This document shows positions 55,994-64,000 of a DNA stretch of 64,000 bases, one piece after another; positions within the stretch are counted from its first letter, which is position 1; each line of letters starts with the position of its first letter. The position numbers were made by a program, and so were the translations under genes. A model generated the notes under the pieces. The model ran no database searches, was not told where the DNA came from, and saw only the letters and a list, made by a program, of their open reading frames with translations. Source of the stretch: a virus; the IMG/VR virus record IMGVR_UViG_3300008262_000047, one strand, 5' to 3'.

Positions 55994-57540
55994 TTCCTGA
56001 TAATTATAAATTTGTTGTTGTGGGTGGCGGGACTGCTGGTTGGTTGTCAGCTCTATTTCTGAAAAAGAATATCCCCAAGGCACACATCACGGTGATTGAA
56101 AGTAGTGATATCGGTATTCTAGGTGCGGGCGAAGGCACTGTTTGGAATTTCATTGAATTCTTGCAGAGCATTGATATTTCTCCTGCTGATATTGTGTATC
56201 ATGCCCAAGGCACATTTAAAAATGGGATTAAGTTCACCAATTGGAACGGCGACGGTGAACATTATTTTCATGGTTTTTCCGATCCAGGTGAAGTTACCAT
56301 TGAACATCCCAAGGTGCCATACTTTGACTTTTCTTTACCACATTTAGAAGCTCTAGCGGCAGGAAAAAATTTAGATGGTGTGAATTTCAGTGCACAAGTT
56401 TCTTCTAACAATGATGTCAAGTATAAGACAAACGGAAAGAAAACTAGTGATCCCTATGAACATTTCACACAGCTTGGGCATACAGGACTACACTTTGATG
56501 CTCGTTTATTGGCGCAATATTTAAAAAATGTTGGTGTGTCCCGTGGCATTGAATTGATAGATGCAAAGGTGACATCGGTGACAGAAGATTTCACCCATAA
56601 CATTTCTGATATCCGATTGGATAACGGCGCAGTACTACATCCTGATTTCGTGTTCGATTGTTCTGGATTCCATAGATTAATTCTTGGAAAACATTATCAG
56701 GAATATTGGGAATCATATGAAAATCATCTTCCTGTAAATCGTGCACTTCCATTTTTCTTACCTCGCACGGAAGAAAAAATTCCTCCATACACCGAGGCAA
56801 TTGCCATGAAGTATGGTTGGATGTGGAAAATCCCTGTGGGTGAACGTTATGGGTGTGGTTATGTGTTTGATGGCCGATTAATTACTGATGAACAAGCAAA
56901 ACAGGAAATTGAAGAACTTGTTGGACATGAAATCACTTCACCGAAAACATTCTCATTCACTCCTGGGTCATTCTATCGCCCTTGGAGACACAATGTTTTG
57001 GCAATGGGATTGGCAGCAAACTTCATTGAACCTCTGGAAGCTACAAGTATTTGGGTAACAACCATGTCACTTCGCATGTTCGTGAAATATTTTGAAGGAT
57101 ATCTGTTGAAGAATTTCTCGTATGTTGATTCATACAACAACGAAGTCCGTGAAATGAATAAGGAAATTTGTGCATTCATTTATTTTCATTATCTAACGAA
57201 GCGAGATGATACAGATTTTTGGAGAAACTTTCGTGTGAACAATGCTCCACCTGAAAAATATTATTTCATGTATGCTGAGTTAACATCAGGAAGATTCGAA
57301 AGAAAATATTTTGGTGTTGCTAGTTATATGCAGGTGGGAGCGGGTATTAACTATTTTGGATTGTTGGGTGCGCGTCAAATGTATGAATATCAGCTAGAGA
57401 TTTTTGGCGCCGATAAATATAAAAATGATAAGCTATTCAAGACTTTTGAGATGGAGAAACTCACCTCTGAATGTGTTGACCATGCTTTCATTATAGAGTA
57501 TATTAAGAAGCGTCACCCTGAGGTGTTGAGAGAATCATGA
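55990..57540 (+). CDS. flavin-dependent halogenase (tryptophan halogenase family)
   Basis: GGGTAGW, GEGT, TFKNGIKF (catalytic Lys position), DCSGF, WMWKIP, FIEPLEATS. Confidence 0.9.
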   Translation: MIPDNYKFVVVGGGTAGWLSALFLKKNIPKAHITVIESSDIGILGAGEGTVWNFIEFLQSIDISPADIVYHAQGTFKNGIKFTNWNGDGEHYFHGFSDPGEVTIEHPKVPYFDFSLPHLEALAAGKNLDGVNFSAQVSSNNDVKYKTNGKKTSDPYEHFTQLGHTGLHFDARLLAQYLKNVGVSRGIELIDAKVTSVTEDFTHNISDIRLDNGAVLHPDFVFDCSGFHRLILGKHYQEYWESYENHLPVNRALPFFLPRTEEKIPPYTEAIAMKYGWMWKIPVGERYGCGYVFDGRLITDEQAKQEIEELVGHEITSPKTFSFTPGSFYRPWRHNVLAMGLAANFIEPLEATSIWVTTMSLRMFVKYFEGYLLKNFSYVDSYNNEVREMNKEICAFIYFHYLTKRDDTDFWRNFRVNNAPPEKYYFMYAELTSGRFERKYFGVASYMQVGAGINYFGLLGARQMYEYQLEIFGADKYKNDKLFKTFEMEKLTSECVDHAFIIEYIKKRHPEVLRES

Positions 57541-58133
57541 AAGTAGAACATGTATTCAACAGAAAAATTATTCGGTTTCAATGTGATGAAGTGGAGTTTT
57601 ACACCAATGAAAATTTTCTTCATAATTTAAATAGATTGTTCAATCACCCAGCAATGCGAGACACCGTTTCGAATGAACAGGTGGGTGATGCCCAAACAAC
57701 AGTAGGAAAGAATTTTCTACTTCCTTTGAAGTTGCCCGGTGCGGAAAATCTAGAGCGTTGGATTCATGAACGATTAATGGAAGCAGCACCCCATTTCGTA
57801 GATTTCACACCCACCAGTATTCAATTTGTTCGCACATGGACAAATAAAATGTTTCGTGGGTGTGAAGGACAGACACACAATCACAGAGGTCCCAATCACG
57901 GCGTTGGTGTGTTTTATGTGAATATCCCAGAGAATGGAAGTGATTTAGTGTTTGTGCGCGACGGTGTGTACATGACAAAGATTTCAGATTATGCAATAGG
58001 TGATGTTGTATTTGCAGGAACGCGAACAGGTGAATTAGTACTACATGATACAGAAATTTCTCATGCTGTATCTGAACATGATAATGATGAACCAAGAATT
58101 TGTATCGTTGTGGAGTTCACATATATTCCATAA
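57537..58133 (+). CDS. putative 2OG-Fe(II) oxygenase
   Basis: WTN...HNH...GVFYV...H.V...R pattern. Confidence 0.75.
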   Translation: MKVEHVFNRKIIRFQCDEVEFYTNENFLHNLNRLFNHPAMRDTVSNEQVGDAQTTVGKNFLLPLKLPGAENLERWIHERLMEAAPHFVDFTPTSIQFVRTWTNKMFRGCEGQTHNHRGPNHGVGVFYVNIPENGSDLVFVRDGVYMTKISDYAIGDVVFAGTRTGELVLHDTEISHAVSEHDNDEPRICIVVEFTYIP

Positions 58134-58137
58134 CACT

Positions 58138-58211
58138 GGGGTGGTAGCTCAGTTGGTTAGAGCATCCGACTGTCACTCGGAAGGTCGCGGGTTCGACCCC
58201 CGTCCATCCCG
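58138..58211 (+). tRNA. tRNA-Asp(GTC)
   Basis: CT-GTC-AC; G73. Confidence 0.92.
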
Positions 58212-58212
58212 T

Positions 58213-58407
58213 ATGAAAAAAGTTAAAAGTCCTTGTGTCAAACAATGTAAACTCCAAGATGATTATTGTTTTGGTTGTTTCCGGCATATAGATGAAATTG
58301 TCAAATGGAGACACTTGACAAACGAAGAAAAAACTGTTATATTACAAGAGTTGGAACAAAGAAAAATGGCACGGTGGTCTGAACTGGCTGAGGCACCGCT
58401 CTCATAA
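58213..58407 (+). CDS. DUF1289-like Cys-rich protein; contains promoter and runs into tRNA(CAT)
   Basis: SPCVKQC....CFGCFR..DEI..W; TTGACA 58315/TATATT 58338. Confidence 0.7.
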   Translation: MKKVKSPCVKQCKLQDDYCFGCFRHIDEIVKWRHLTNEEKTVILQELEQRKMARWSELAEAPLS

Positions 58408-58443
58408 GGCGGGTTTATGTGGGTTCAAGTCCCACCCGTGCTA
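58368..58443 (+). tRNA. tRNA-Met(CAT), elongator-type (Ile2 not excluded)
   Basis: CT-CAT-AA; no initiator GGG/CCC anticodon stem. Confidence 0.8.
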
Positions 58444-58451
58444 CTAACTTT

Positions 58452-58535
58452 GGGGGTGCCGCAGAGTTGGAGGACTGCAACAGACTGTAAATCTGTCGCC
58501 ATTAGGCCTAGTAGGTTCGAATCCTTCCACCCCCA
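58452..58535 (+). tRNA. tRNA-Tyr(GTA)
   Basis: CT-GTA-AA; long variable arm. Confidence 0.88.
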
Positions 58536-58550
58536 TGATTGGAGGATATT

Positions 58551-58955
58551 ATGAAAATAGGCGCGATAGCTGGTAATTTTGATGTGATACATCCTGGTTA
58601 TATAAAAATGTTTCAGGAATGTAAAAAGAATTGCGATTATTTTATCATACTGTTACATGAAGATCCTAGTGTTGAACGTCCAAAAAAATTAAAACCTATT
58701 CTTTCAGTTGAAGAACGTATAGACATCCTAATGAGTATCCGTCATATTGATGATGTCATAGTATATAAAACTGAAGATGACCTCGTAAAAACATTACAAT
58801 CATTAAAAATTAACGTTAGATTTTTAGGTGATGATTATATCAATAAAGAATTTACAGGAAAATATTTAGGAATACCTATTCATTATCTTGATAGAAGTCA
58901 CGGGTGGTCAACCACAAAGTTTAAAAATTTAATTGCACAATCCATCGTCCCTTAG
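58551..58955 (+). CDS. cytidyltransferase-like (TagD/RfaE-type) nucleotidyltransferase
   Basis: GNFDVIHPGY, ER...L, GDDY, WSTT. Confidence 0.85.
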   Translation: MKIGAIAGNFDVIHPGYIKMFQECKKNCDYFIILLHEDPSVERPKKLKPILSVEERIDILMSIRHIDDVIVYKTEDDLVKTLQSLKINVRFLGDDYINKEFTGKYLGIPIHYLDRSHGWSTTKFKNLIAQSIVP

Positions 58956-59020
58956 CTCAGCTTGGTTAGAGCGTTCGTCTGATACACGAAAGGTCCGGGG
59001 TTCAACTCCCTGAGGGACGA
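58946..59020 (+). tRNA. tRNA-Ile(GAT)
   Basis: CT-GAT-AC. Confidence 0.88.
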
Positions 59021-59024
59021 CTTT

Positions 59025-59097
59025 GCCCTTGTAGCTCAATTGGAAGAGCAGGAGATTTCTACTCTCTTGGTTGTGGGTTCGAGTCCTGCCAGGGGCG
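59025..59097 (+). tRNA. tRNA-Arg(TCT)
   Basis: TT-TCT-AC. Confidence 0.88.
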
Positions 59098-59102
59098 CTA
59101 AT

Positions 59103-59184
59103 GGAAGGTTCGCATAATGGTATTGCAGCTGTCTACTAAACAGCCGACCGAAAGGTTATGTGGGTTCGAATCCCTCACCTTCCG
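59103..59184 (+). tRNA. tRNA-Ser(ACT)
   Basis: GCTGT-CT-ACT-AA-ACAGC; long variable arm with GAAA loop; GGA start and G73. Confidence 0.82.
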
Positions 59185-59209
59185 CTTTTTTCAATAGTTA
59201 GGAGATGTT

Positions 59210-59881
59210 ATGATTCTACTTCTTGGCGATATTCATGGTAATACATCACGCCTTCGCTCTGCAATTCAGAAGGCAATGGAATGTGATGCAACAGCTCTCG
59301 TTCAAGTAGGCGATTTTGGGTTATTTCAAGGTAAACGAAATGAAGGAGAATTTTATGAAATGTGTAAAAATTCTTCAATACCTGTTTACTTCATTGAAGG
59401 AAATCATGATGATTGTAGCCGCTGGGTACGTTATGAAACAGTAACACGGGTATGGCATGATGCCAATTTGTTTTATATACCACGTGGCACGGTTATGGAA
59501 ATAGATGGGCGCACTATCGCCTTCATGGGTGGTGCTGCCAGTATTGATAAAGATATGCGTTTACGTGAAGGTTGGCATTGGGATAAAGAAGAAAATATTT
59601 CAGGGCATGAAGTATTACGGTTATTTGAAAATGCTGAAGGAAAACAGATTGATGTATTGATTACCCATGATGTTCCTACATCTGTGTGTAAGACACATTT
59701 TGATGATAGTGGTAAATTATATTTTGGTGTTGGCAAGGATTGGCATGATGTAAATATGGATGTGATTCAACGCATCTGGGACCGTCTGGGTAATCCCATG
59801 ATTTACTCTGGGCATATGCATCGGTCAGTGATTGGTCCTAACTATCGTATTCTAAATATTGATGAACTATTGGCAATATGA
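59210..59881 (+). CDS. calcineurin-like metallophosphoesterase
   Basis: GDIHG, GDFG, GNHD, GGAASID, THD, GHMH. Confidence 0.88.
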   Translation: MILLLGDIHGNTSRLRSAIQKAMECDATALVQVGDFGLFQGKRNEGEFYEMCKNSSIPVYFIEGNHDDCSRWVRYETVTRVWHDANLFYIPRGTVMEIDGRTIAFMGGAASIDKDMRLREGWHWDKEENISGHEVLRLFENAEGKQIDVLITHDVPTSVCKTHFDDSGKLYFGVGKDWHDVNMDVIQRIWDRLGNPMIYSGHMHRSVIGPNYRILNIDELLAI

Positions 59882-59891
59882 TTATGATTAT

Positions 59892-60110
59892 ATGAAATTA
59901 TCTGATGCCAATAATAATGAACAATTAGAAGTTATAGGATTGGAATCCAATGTGGAATATCTTGAACGATTACACTCATTGGGCATCATGGAGGGGTGTG
60001 CAATATGTCCTTTACGCAATCAAGATTCAACAATGATTGTGGATGTTCGAGGATGTAGATATGCATTGGGAAAAGAAATTACGGAATGTATTCTTGTTAG
60101 GCGCTTATAG
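59892..60110 (+). CDS. FeoA domain protein
   Basis: ERLHSLGIMEG, VDVRG.RYALG. Confidence 0.8.
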   Translation: MKLSDANNNEQLEVIGLESNVEYLERLHSLGIMEGCAICPLRNQDSTMIVDVRGCRYALGKEITECILVRRL

Positions 60111-60174
60111 CTCAACTGGATAGAGCATCTGACTACGGATCAGAAGGTTATAGGTTCGAATCCTTTTAGGCGCA
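60101..60174 (+). tRNA. tRNA-Arg(ACG)
   Basis: CT-ACG-GA. Confidence 0.9.
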
Positions 60175-60175
60175 T

Positions 60176-60358
60176 ATGAAAAAAACAACTGACAAAGAAA
60201 TAGAGGAAATGCGTTTATCTCTGTTTCTGTTAAAATTAGAATTAGAAGGATATATTCGTGGTGATTGGTACTACGAATATCACATGACTATTGGTTATAA
60301 TAAAAAATTTACCGGAAAAAAGATTCTTAGACTTGACAAAAGTGAAGAAACCGAGTAG
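60176..60358 (+). CDS. small hypothetical; contains promoter
   Basis: No RBS; TTGACA 60333/TAGATT 60356. Confidence 0.4.
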   Translation: MKKTTDKEIEEMRLSLFLLKLELEGYIRGDWYYEYHMTIGYNKKFTGKKILRLDKSEETE

Positions 60359-60370
60359 ATTACAATCATA

Positions 60371-60443
60371 CGGGATGTAGCTCAATTGGCAGAGCACTCG
60401 CTTTGGGAGCGAGGGGTTGCTGGTTCAAGTCCAGTCATCCCGA
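60371..60443 (+). tRNA. tRNA-Pro(TGG)
   Basis: TT-TGG-GA; C1-G72. Confidence 0.92.
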
Positions 60444-60459
60444 CTTACAAGGAGAAAAC

Positions 60460-60621
60460 ATGAAAGAAAAAGACAGACTACCTGACATCATTGCAATAAT
60501 AGCAACAATCATGTTCATTGTATTTGCATTTGTCATTTCTGGATCCGTTGGCACCAGCAATGGTGTCAGCGAGTTACAAGGCGGAGACATTCAACACGCC
60601 ATAGATACAAAACAATACTAA
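60460..60621 (+). CDS. small single-TM protein
   Basis: AAGGAG RBS; hydrophobic helix. Confidence 0.55.
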   Translation: MKEKDRLPDIIAIIATIMFIVFAFVISGSVGTSNGVSELQGGDIQHAIDTKQY

Positions 60622-60624
60622 GTT

Positions 60625-60699
60625 GGACGAGTGGCAGAGAGGCCCAATGCAAGAGTCTGCAAAACTCTAAAGCCGCCGGTTCGAATCCGGCCTCGTCCT
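60625..60699 (+). tRNA. tRNA-Cys(GCA)
   Basis: CT-GCA-AA; U73. Confidence 0.9.
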
Positions 60700-60776
60700 T
60701 GCTGAACATGGTTCGGCGGTTACACAAGATATAACACTCTGTTGTATCGAGAACTCATATATTAAAGGAGTATATA

Positions 60777-61928
60777 ATGAAGCGTATTTTGTTTACAGCA
60801 GTTGCAGCACTTTCACTCATGGCGTGTCAGGATAATGTCACCGCCGTGCCCGCATTTGAACCTAAGGTCACAACCATTGTCGTGACGCCTACCGCTTCCC
60901 AAGTAGAGGCAGGACGTACTGTCACATTGACAGCAGTTGTGAAGGATCAGCGTGATTCTGTCATGACCGGCAAGTCCGTGACCTGGGCATCAAACAACAC
61001 CTCTGTTGCCACTGTTACTGCTAATGTAATCACGGCAGGAGCAACCACGGCAACTGTTACAGGTGTCACCAAGGGCACAGCAAGCATTGTCGCCTCTGTT
61101 GAAGGTAAGGTCACAACGGTTCCCGTATTCGTAGTTGATCCTACAGTAGCCACGGTCAGTGTCACCGCAACTGTCCCACCCACGTTTTTCGTTGGGCAGA
61201 CATTACAGGCAACTTCTGTTGCACGGGACAGTGGAAACAATGCCCTCACATCATTCACCACGACCTGGACATCAAGCACGCCCACCGTTGCCTCTGTATC
61301 TGCAACTGGATTGATTACGGCATTGTCAGCGGGTACTACTACCATTACAGCCACTACAGGTGGAAAGACAGGTACATTGAACGTTACTGTATCCCTAGTC
61401 CCTGTTGCCCGTGTACTTCTCACGTTACCTAAGCCTGCTCATGTGGGTCGCCCCGCTACACTTGTTGCTGAATTGCGTAACAGCTCAGGTACTGCACTAA
61501 CTGCTGCGCAGCGTACATTTGGTTGGCATAGTAGTGATGAGTCCATTGCCACGATTTCTTCAACAGGCGTACTTACAGGTCTCACCTATGGCACTACCAT
61601 TGTTACTTGTGTTGTCGAGAACCGAGTCGGCACACTAGTAGTAAATGTCACGGAAGTGGGTATTGATTACATTGTTGTTTCACCTGATAGTTCAGACCTG
61701 AAGGTGGGCGCTACCCGTCAATACACAGCCACAGCATTTGATGCTGATAGTGTTCCTCTAAGTGTAGCAGCATTGAATGGTCGCCCGTTTGAGTGGACTA
61801 CTACTAACAGTGCAACAGCACGAGTTTCTAACATTGGTCTTTTGTTGGGTATCGCCCCAGGAACGACATTCGTTTCAGCATCAATTGGAACAGTTTCCGA
61901 TAATGCAAAAGTAGTTATTGTTCCATAA
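60777..61928 (+). CDS. lipoprotein with four Ig-like (Big_2) domains
   Basis: Lipobox LMAC; four repeats of W.S....(V/I)A.V...G....L..G.T. Confidence 0.85.
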   Translation: MKRILFTAVAALSLMACQDNVTAVPAFEPKVTTIVVTPTASQVEAGRTVTLTAVVKDQRDSVMTGKSVTWASNNTSVATVTANVITAGATTATVTGVTKGTASIVASVEGKVTTVPVFVVDPTVATVSVTATVPPTFFVGQTLQATSVARDSGNNALTSFTTTWTSSTPTVASVSATGLITALSAGTTTITATTGGKTGTLNVTVSLVPVARVLLTLPKPAHVGRPATLVAELRNSSGTALTAAQRTFGWHSSDESIATISSTGVLTGLTYGTTIVTCVVENRVGTLVVNVTEVGIDYIVVSPDSSDLKVGATRQYTATAFDADSVPLSVAALNGRPFEWTTTNSATARVSNIGLLLGIAPGTTFVSASIGTVSDNAKVVIVP

Positions 61929-61955
61929 CATTTACAGCAGTTTTTAGGAGGAGTT

Positions 61956-62429
61956 ATGAGAAAGCCCATGGATATTGAACATATTATTGAATACATTAAT
62001 AATCAACCCCCTGAAAGCTGCGTGTATCTGGGAGCCGACTCAGAACGCTACAACAAAAACGGTCGTTGGATGGCCGACTACACATTGGCTGTGGTCGTCC
62101 ATCACGGCGGGCGTCATGGATGTAAGATTTTCGGTGAAGTACAGACTGAAAATGATTACGACCAAAGACAGGATCGTCCTGTTGTACGGCTCATGAATGA
62201 AGTATATAAAGTATCAGAATTATATCTGAAATTGGTTGATGCCCTAGTTGACAGACATGTTGAAATTCACTTGGATATCAATCCAGATGAAGAACATGCA
62301 AGTAATGTAGTCATTCAACAGGCCATTGGGTATATTCGTGGAGTATGTCAAATGACACCAAAAGTGAAGCCTGATGCTTTCGCGGCATCATTTGCCGCTG
62401 ATAGATTGAAGGAATTACTGTATCCCTAA
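61956..62429 (+). CDS. RNase H-like YkuK family protein
   Basis: YLGADS, RLMNEV, EIHLDIN, KPDAFAAS.AAD. Confidence 0.8.
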   Translation: MRKPMDIEHIIEYINNQPPESCVYLGADSERYNKNGRWMADYTLAVVVHHGGRHGCKIFGEVQTENDYDQRQDRPVVRLMNEVYKVSELYLKLVDALVDRHVEIHLDINPDEEHASNVVIQQAIGYIRGVCQMTPKVKPDAFAASFAADRLKELLYP

Positions 62430-62440
62430 GAGTTTTTTGG

Positions 62441-62510
62441 TATAAATACTTCTGTAGTAAAATTGAACCCTGTGAGTAGTTTTTTATATAATACTAAACT
62501 CACAGGGTTT
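62441..62510 (+). promoter_or_regulatory. late promoter followed by leader hairpin
   Basis: TATAAATA 62441-62448; AACCCTGTGAGT/ACTCACAGGGTT perfect 12 bp. Confidence 0.65.
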
Positions 62511-62532
62511 CCCGTACCTATAGGAGAAGAAC

Positions 62533-63015
62533 GTGATGCCTACATTTTTGGGTGTCATTATGTCTGGTTTATTAGTAACATTACCTGTGAATCAACAAAA
62601 GGAAATCTTTGTTGAGAAAGTGGAAAATAAAGTACAAATTGGCGCCATTGCAGGCAACAGAAATTTAGAGTTTGGCGTCAAAAACATTCTAGAAGAAGTA
62701 TTGTTGGAAAAGGAGTATGGATTGAATCCTAATGCTCCATTGAAAGTGAAAGTGGACATCATCTATTTGGATGTGTTGACCACAAAGAAAAACATCTCAG
62801 TATTTCATAAGAATAGTGAAGAAGTCGTTATACGAATGAAAGGTGTATTGACACAAAACGGAAAAAAGATAAAGGAAGTTGTCGTAGAAGAAGGTTCTGC
62901 GGAAATCTCCATGTCAACACTCATCATTGATAATGGCGGTAAGTTCAATCAAACGAGCTTGAGTAATGCCTTGAAGAAGGCCAGCGTTGCTCTCATCACT
63001 AAACTTACGGAGTAA
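62533..63015 (+). CDS. secreted hypothetical
   Basis: Hydrophobic N-terminus; AGGAG RBS. Confidence 0.6.
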   Translation: MMPTFLGVIMSGLLVTLPVNQQKEIFVEKVENKVQIGAIAGNRNLEFGVKNILEEVLLEKEYGLNPNAPLKVKVDIIYLDVLTTKKNISVFHKNSEEVVIRMKGVLTQNGKKIKEVVVEEGSAEISMSTLIIDNGGKFNQTSLSNALKKASVALITKLTE

Positions 63016-63016
63016 T

Positions 63017-64000
63017 ATGAGACACTTTTTAGCAGCAGTATTACTGCTTTCACCCATCTCACTCATGGCACAGCCTGCCTTATGGTGGGAACGTAACGTA
63101 ATAACAACCGATGTAAATGGTGGTGCTATCGCAAAAGATGACACCATTGCCATTGAAGTGAAGTTGAATCCCAATGGAACTACCATTCGTTCTGTATTCT
63201 TTGATTTTCAACATCAAATGAATGCCATATCATTGATTGATGTGCAACGAGATGTAGGTATTCCTGCCGCGGCAACATTTAGTTACACAAACAATTATTA
63301 TCCTAATTGTCGTTTCAATCGCACTGCGAATAACACCTCTAATAATGGGTGGAACAATTACATGAATGCCCAATATACATGTAATTCTACAACAGTTCCT
63401 CACCATGCCATTAATCGTATTCATGTAAGTGTGGCAAGTGCACAAAATCTTGCCCATGCCAGTTACATCAGAATGCGCTTCCGTGTCACCAATGTTGCTG
63501 CCGGTTTCCCCTACGATTCCATCTACATGAACTTTGCCATTGGGTATGATGCTGGTGGCGGCACCATGACCAATACAGAAAACACAGGTGCCAAGGGTGT
63601 GTGGATACAACTTGCCCCAGGCGCCAATAATCTATTAACAGGCACAGTACGTCACGGTACCAATGTATCAACAGGATTACAAGGCATGATGCGTTTGTCC
63701 GTCACAGACACCGCAACACAACCCACGGAAGCTGCCAATACAGCAGTAGGCGGTACGGGAAACTTTGGCTTTGGTCAGCAATTACAACCAACTACGTGGT
63801 ATAGAATGCGCTTGATGGTACCCGCGGATAGTATCGCGGCATTAAGTCGCGCCAGTGTCACGGTATCCGATTACACCGCTGCCGTGCAAGAATGGATTAC
63901 ACAAAATCTCGACAAGACATTTAAAAATCAAAACATTGACCGTGGCATCAAGTATTTTGCCGCCGACGCCAACAACAACAGAGAATTTGATGGTGGCGAT
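63017..64000 (+). CDS. secreted/surface protein, truncated by window end, cohesin/dockerin-like
   Basis: Open from MRHFLAAVLLLSPISLMA (signal peptide) to end; AADANNNREFDGGD Ca-loop-like motif. Confidence 0.65.
   Translation, partial: MRHFLAAVLLLSPISLMAQPALWWERNVITTDVNGGAIAKDDTIAIEVKLNPNGTTIRSVFFDFQHQMNAISLIDVQRDVGIPAAATFSYTNNYYPNCRFNRTANNTSNNGWNNYMNAQYTCNSTTVPHHAINRIHVSVASAQNLAHASYIRMRFRVTNVAAGFPYDSIYMNFAIGYDAGGGTMTNTENTGAKGVWIQLAPGANNLLTGTVRHGTNVSTGLQGMMRLSVTDTATQPTEAANTAVGGTGNFGFGQQLQPTTWYRMRLMVPADSIAALSRASVTVSDYTAAVQEWITQNLDKTFKNQNIDRGIKYFAADANNNREFDGGD

Noticed and set aside
51428-60760. HDV-like theta ribozymes at tRNA 3' ends; suppressor tRNAs or stop-codon recoding
   Set aside because: No nested double pseudoknot found by eye; no CTA/TTA/TCA anticodons; core genes are intact in the standard code
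1-64000. CRISPR array, reverse transcriptase/DGR, transposase
   Set aside because: No regularly spaced direct repeats or corresponding protein motifs seen

Overview
A 64-kb segment of a large T4-like myophage genome; all credible genes are on the + strand. In order: gp3, uvsY, uvsW, gp55 late sigma; a 7-deazaguanine cassette (queE, folE, 3'-5' exonuclease, TGT/DpdA-like, a divergent QueD paralog with LxxxHRHxF, a GT-B glycosyltransferase, queD; no queC in the window) placed between gp55 and gp47, the interval where T4 carries alpha-glucosyltransferase; gp47/46, def, clpP, a CobT/CobS (VWA/MoxR) pair with a frameshifted cobS; the replication core (gp45, 44, 62, regA, hsp20, 43, uvsX, 41, 61) with a PD-(D/E)XK nuclease between 44 and 62; late genes (GH19 endolysin, putative internal head proteins, fibre-like proteins); thyX, class II RNR, thioredoxin, GT2/LpxH-like, endonuclease II, RNase H; and a ~9-kb array of 26 CCA-less tRNAs (including unusual Ile-UAU and Ser-ACU) interleaved with two structured non-coding RNAs, a flavin-dependent halogenase, a 2OG-Fe(II) oxygenase, lipoproteins and an Ig-repeat surface protein. 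TTGACA-N17-TAnnnT early promoters, TATAAATA late promoters and a repeated IHF-like palindrome are visible. Surface proteins plus promoter/RBS style suggest a non-Bacteroidota FCB host, possibly Gemmatimonadota (inference). Strongest leads: a possibly glycosylated 7-deazaguanine hypermodification, the two tRNA-array ncRNAs (one resembling the 16S decoding-site/h45 sequence) and a 24-bp long-range helix enclosing hsp20. All assignments are by eye from motifs and synteny; no searches were run.
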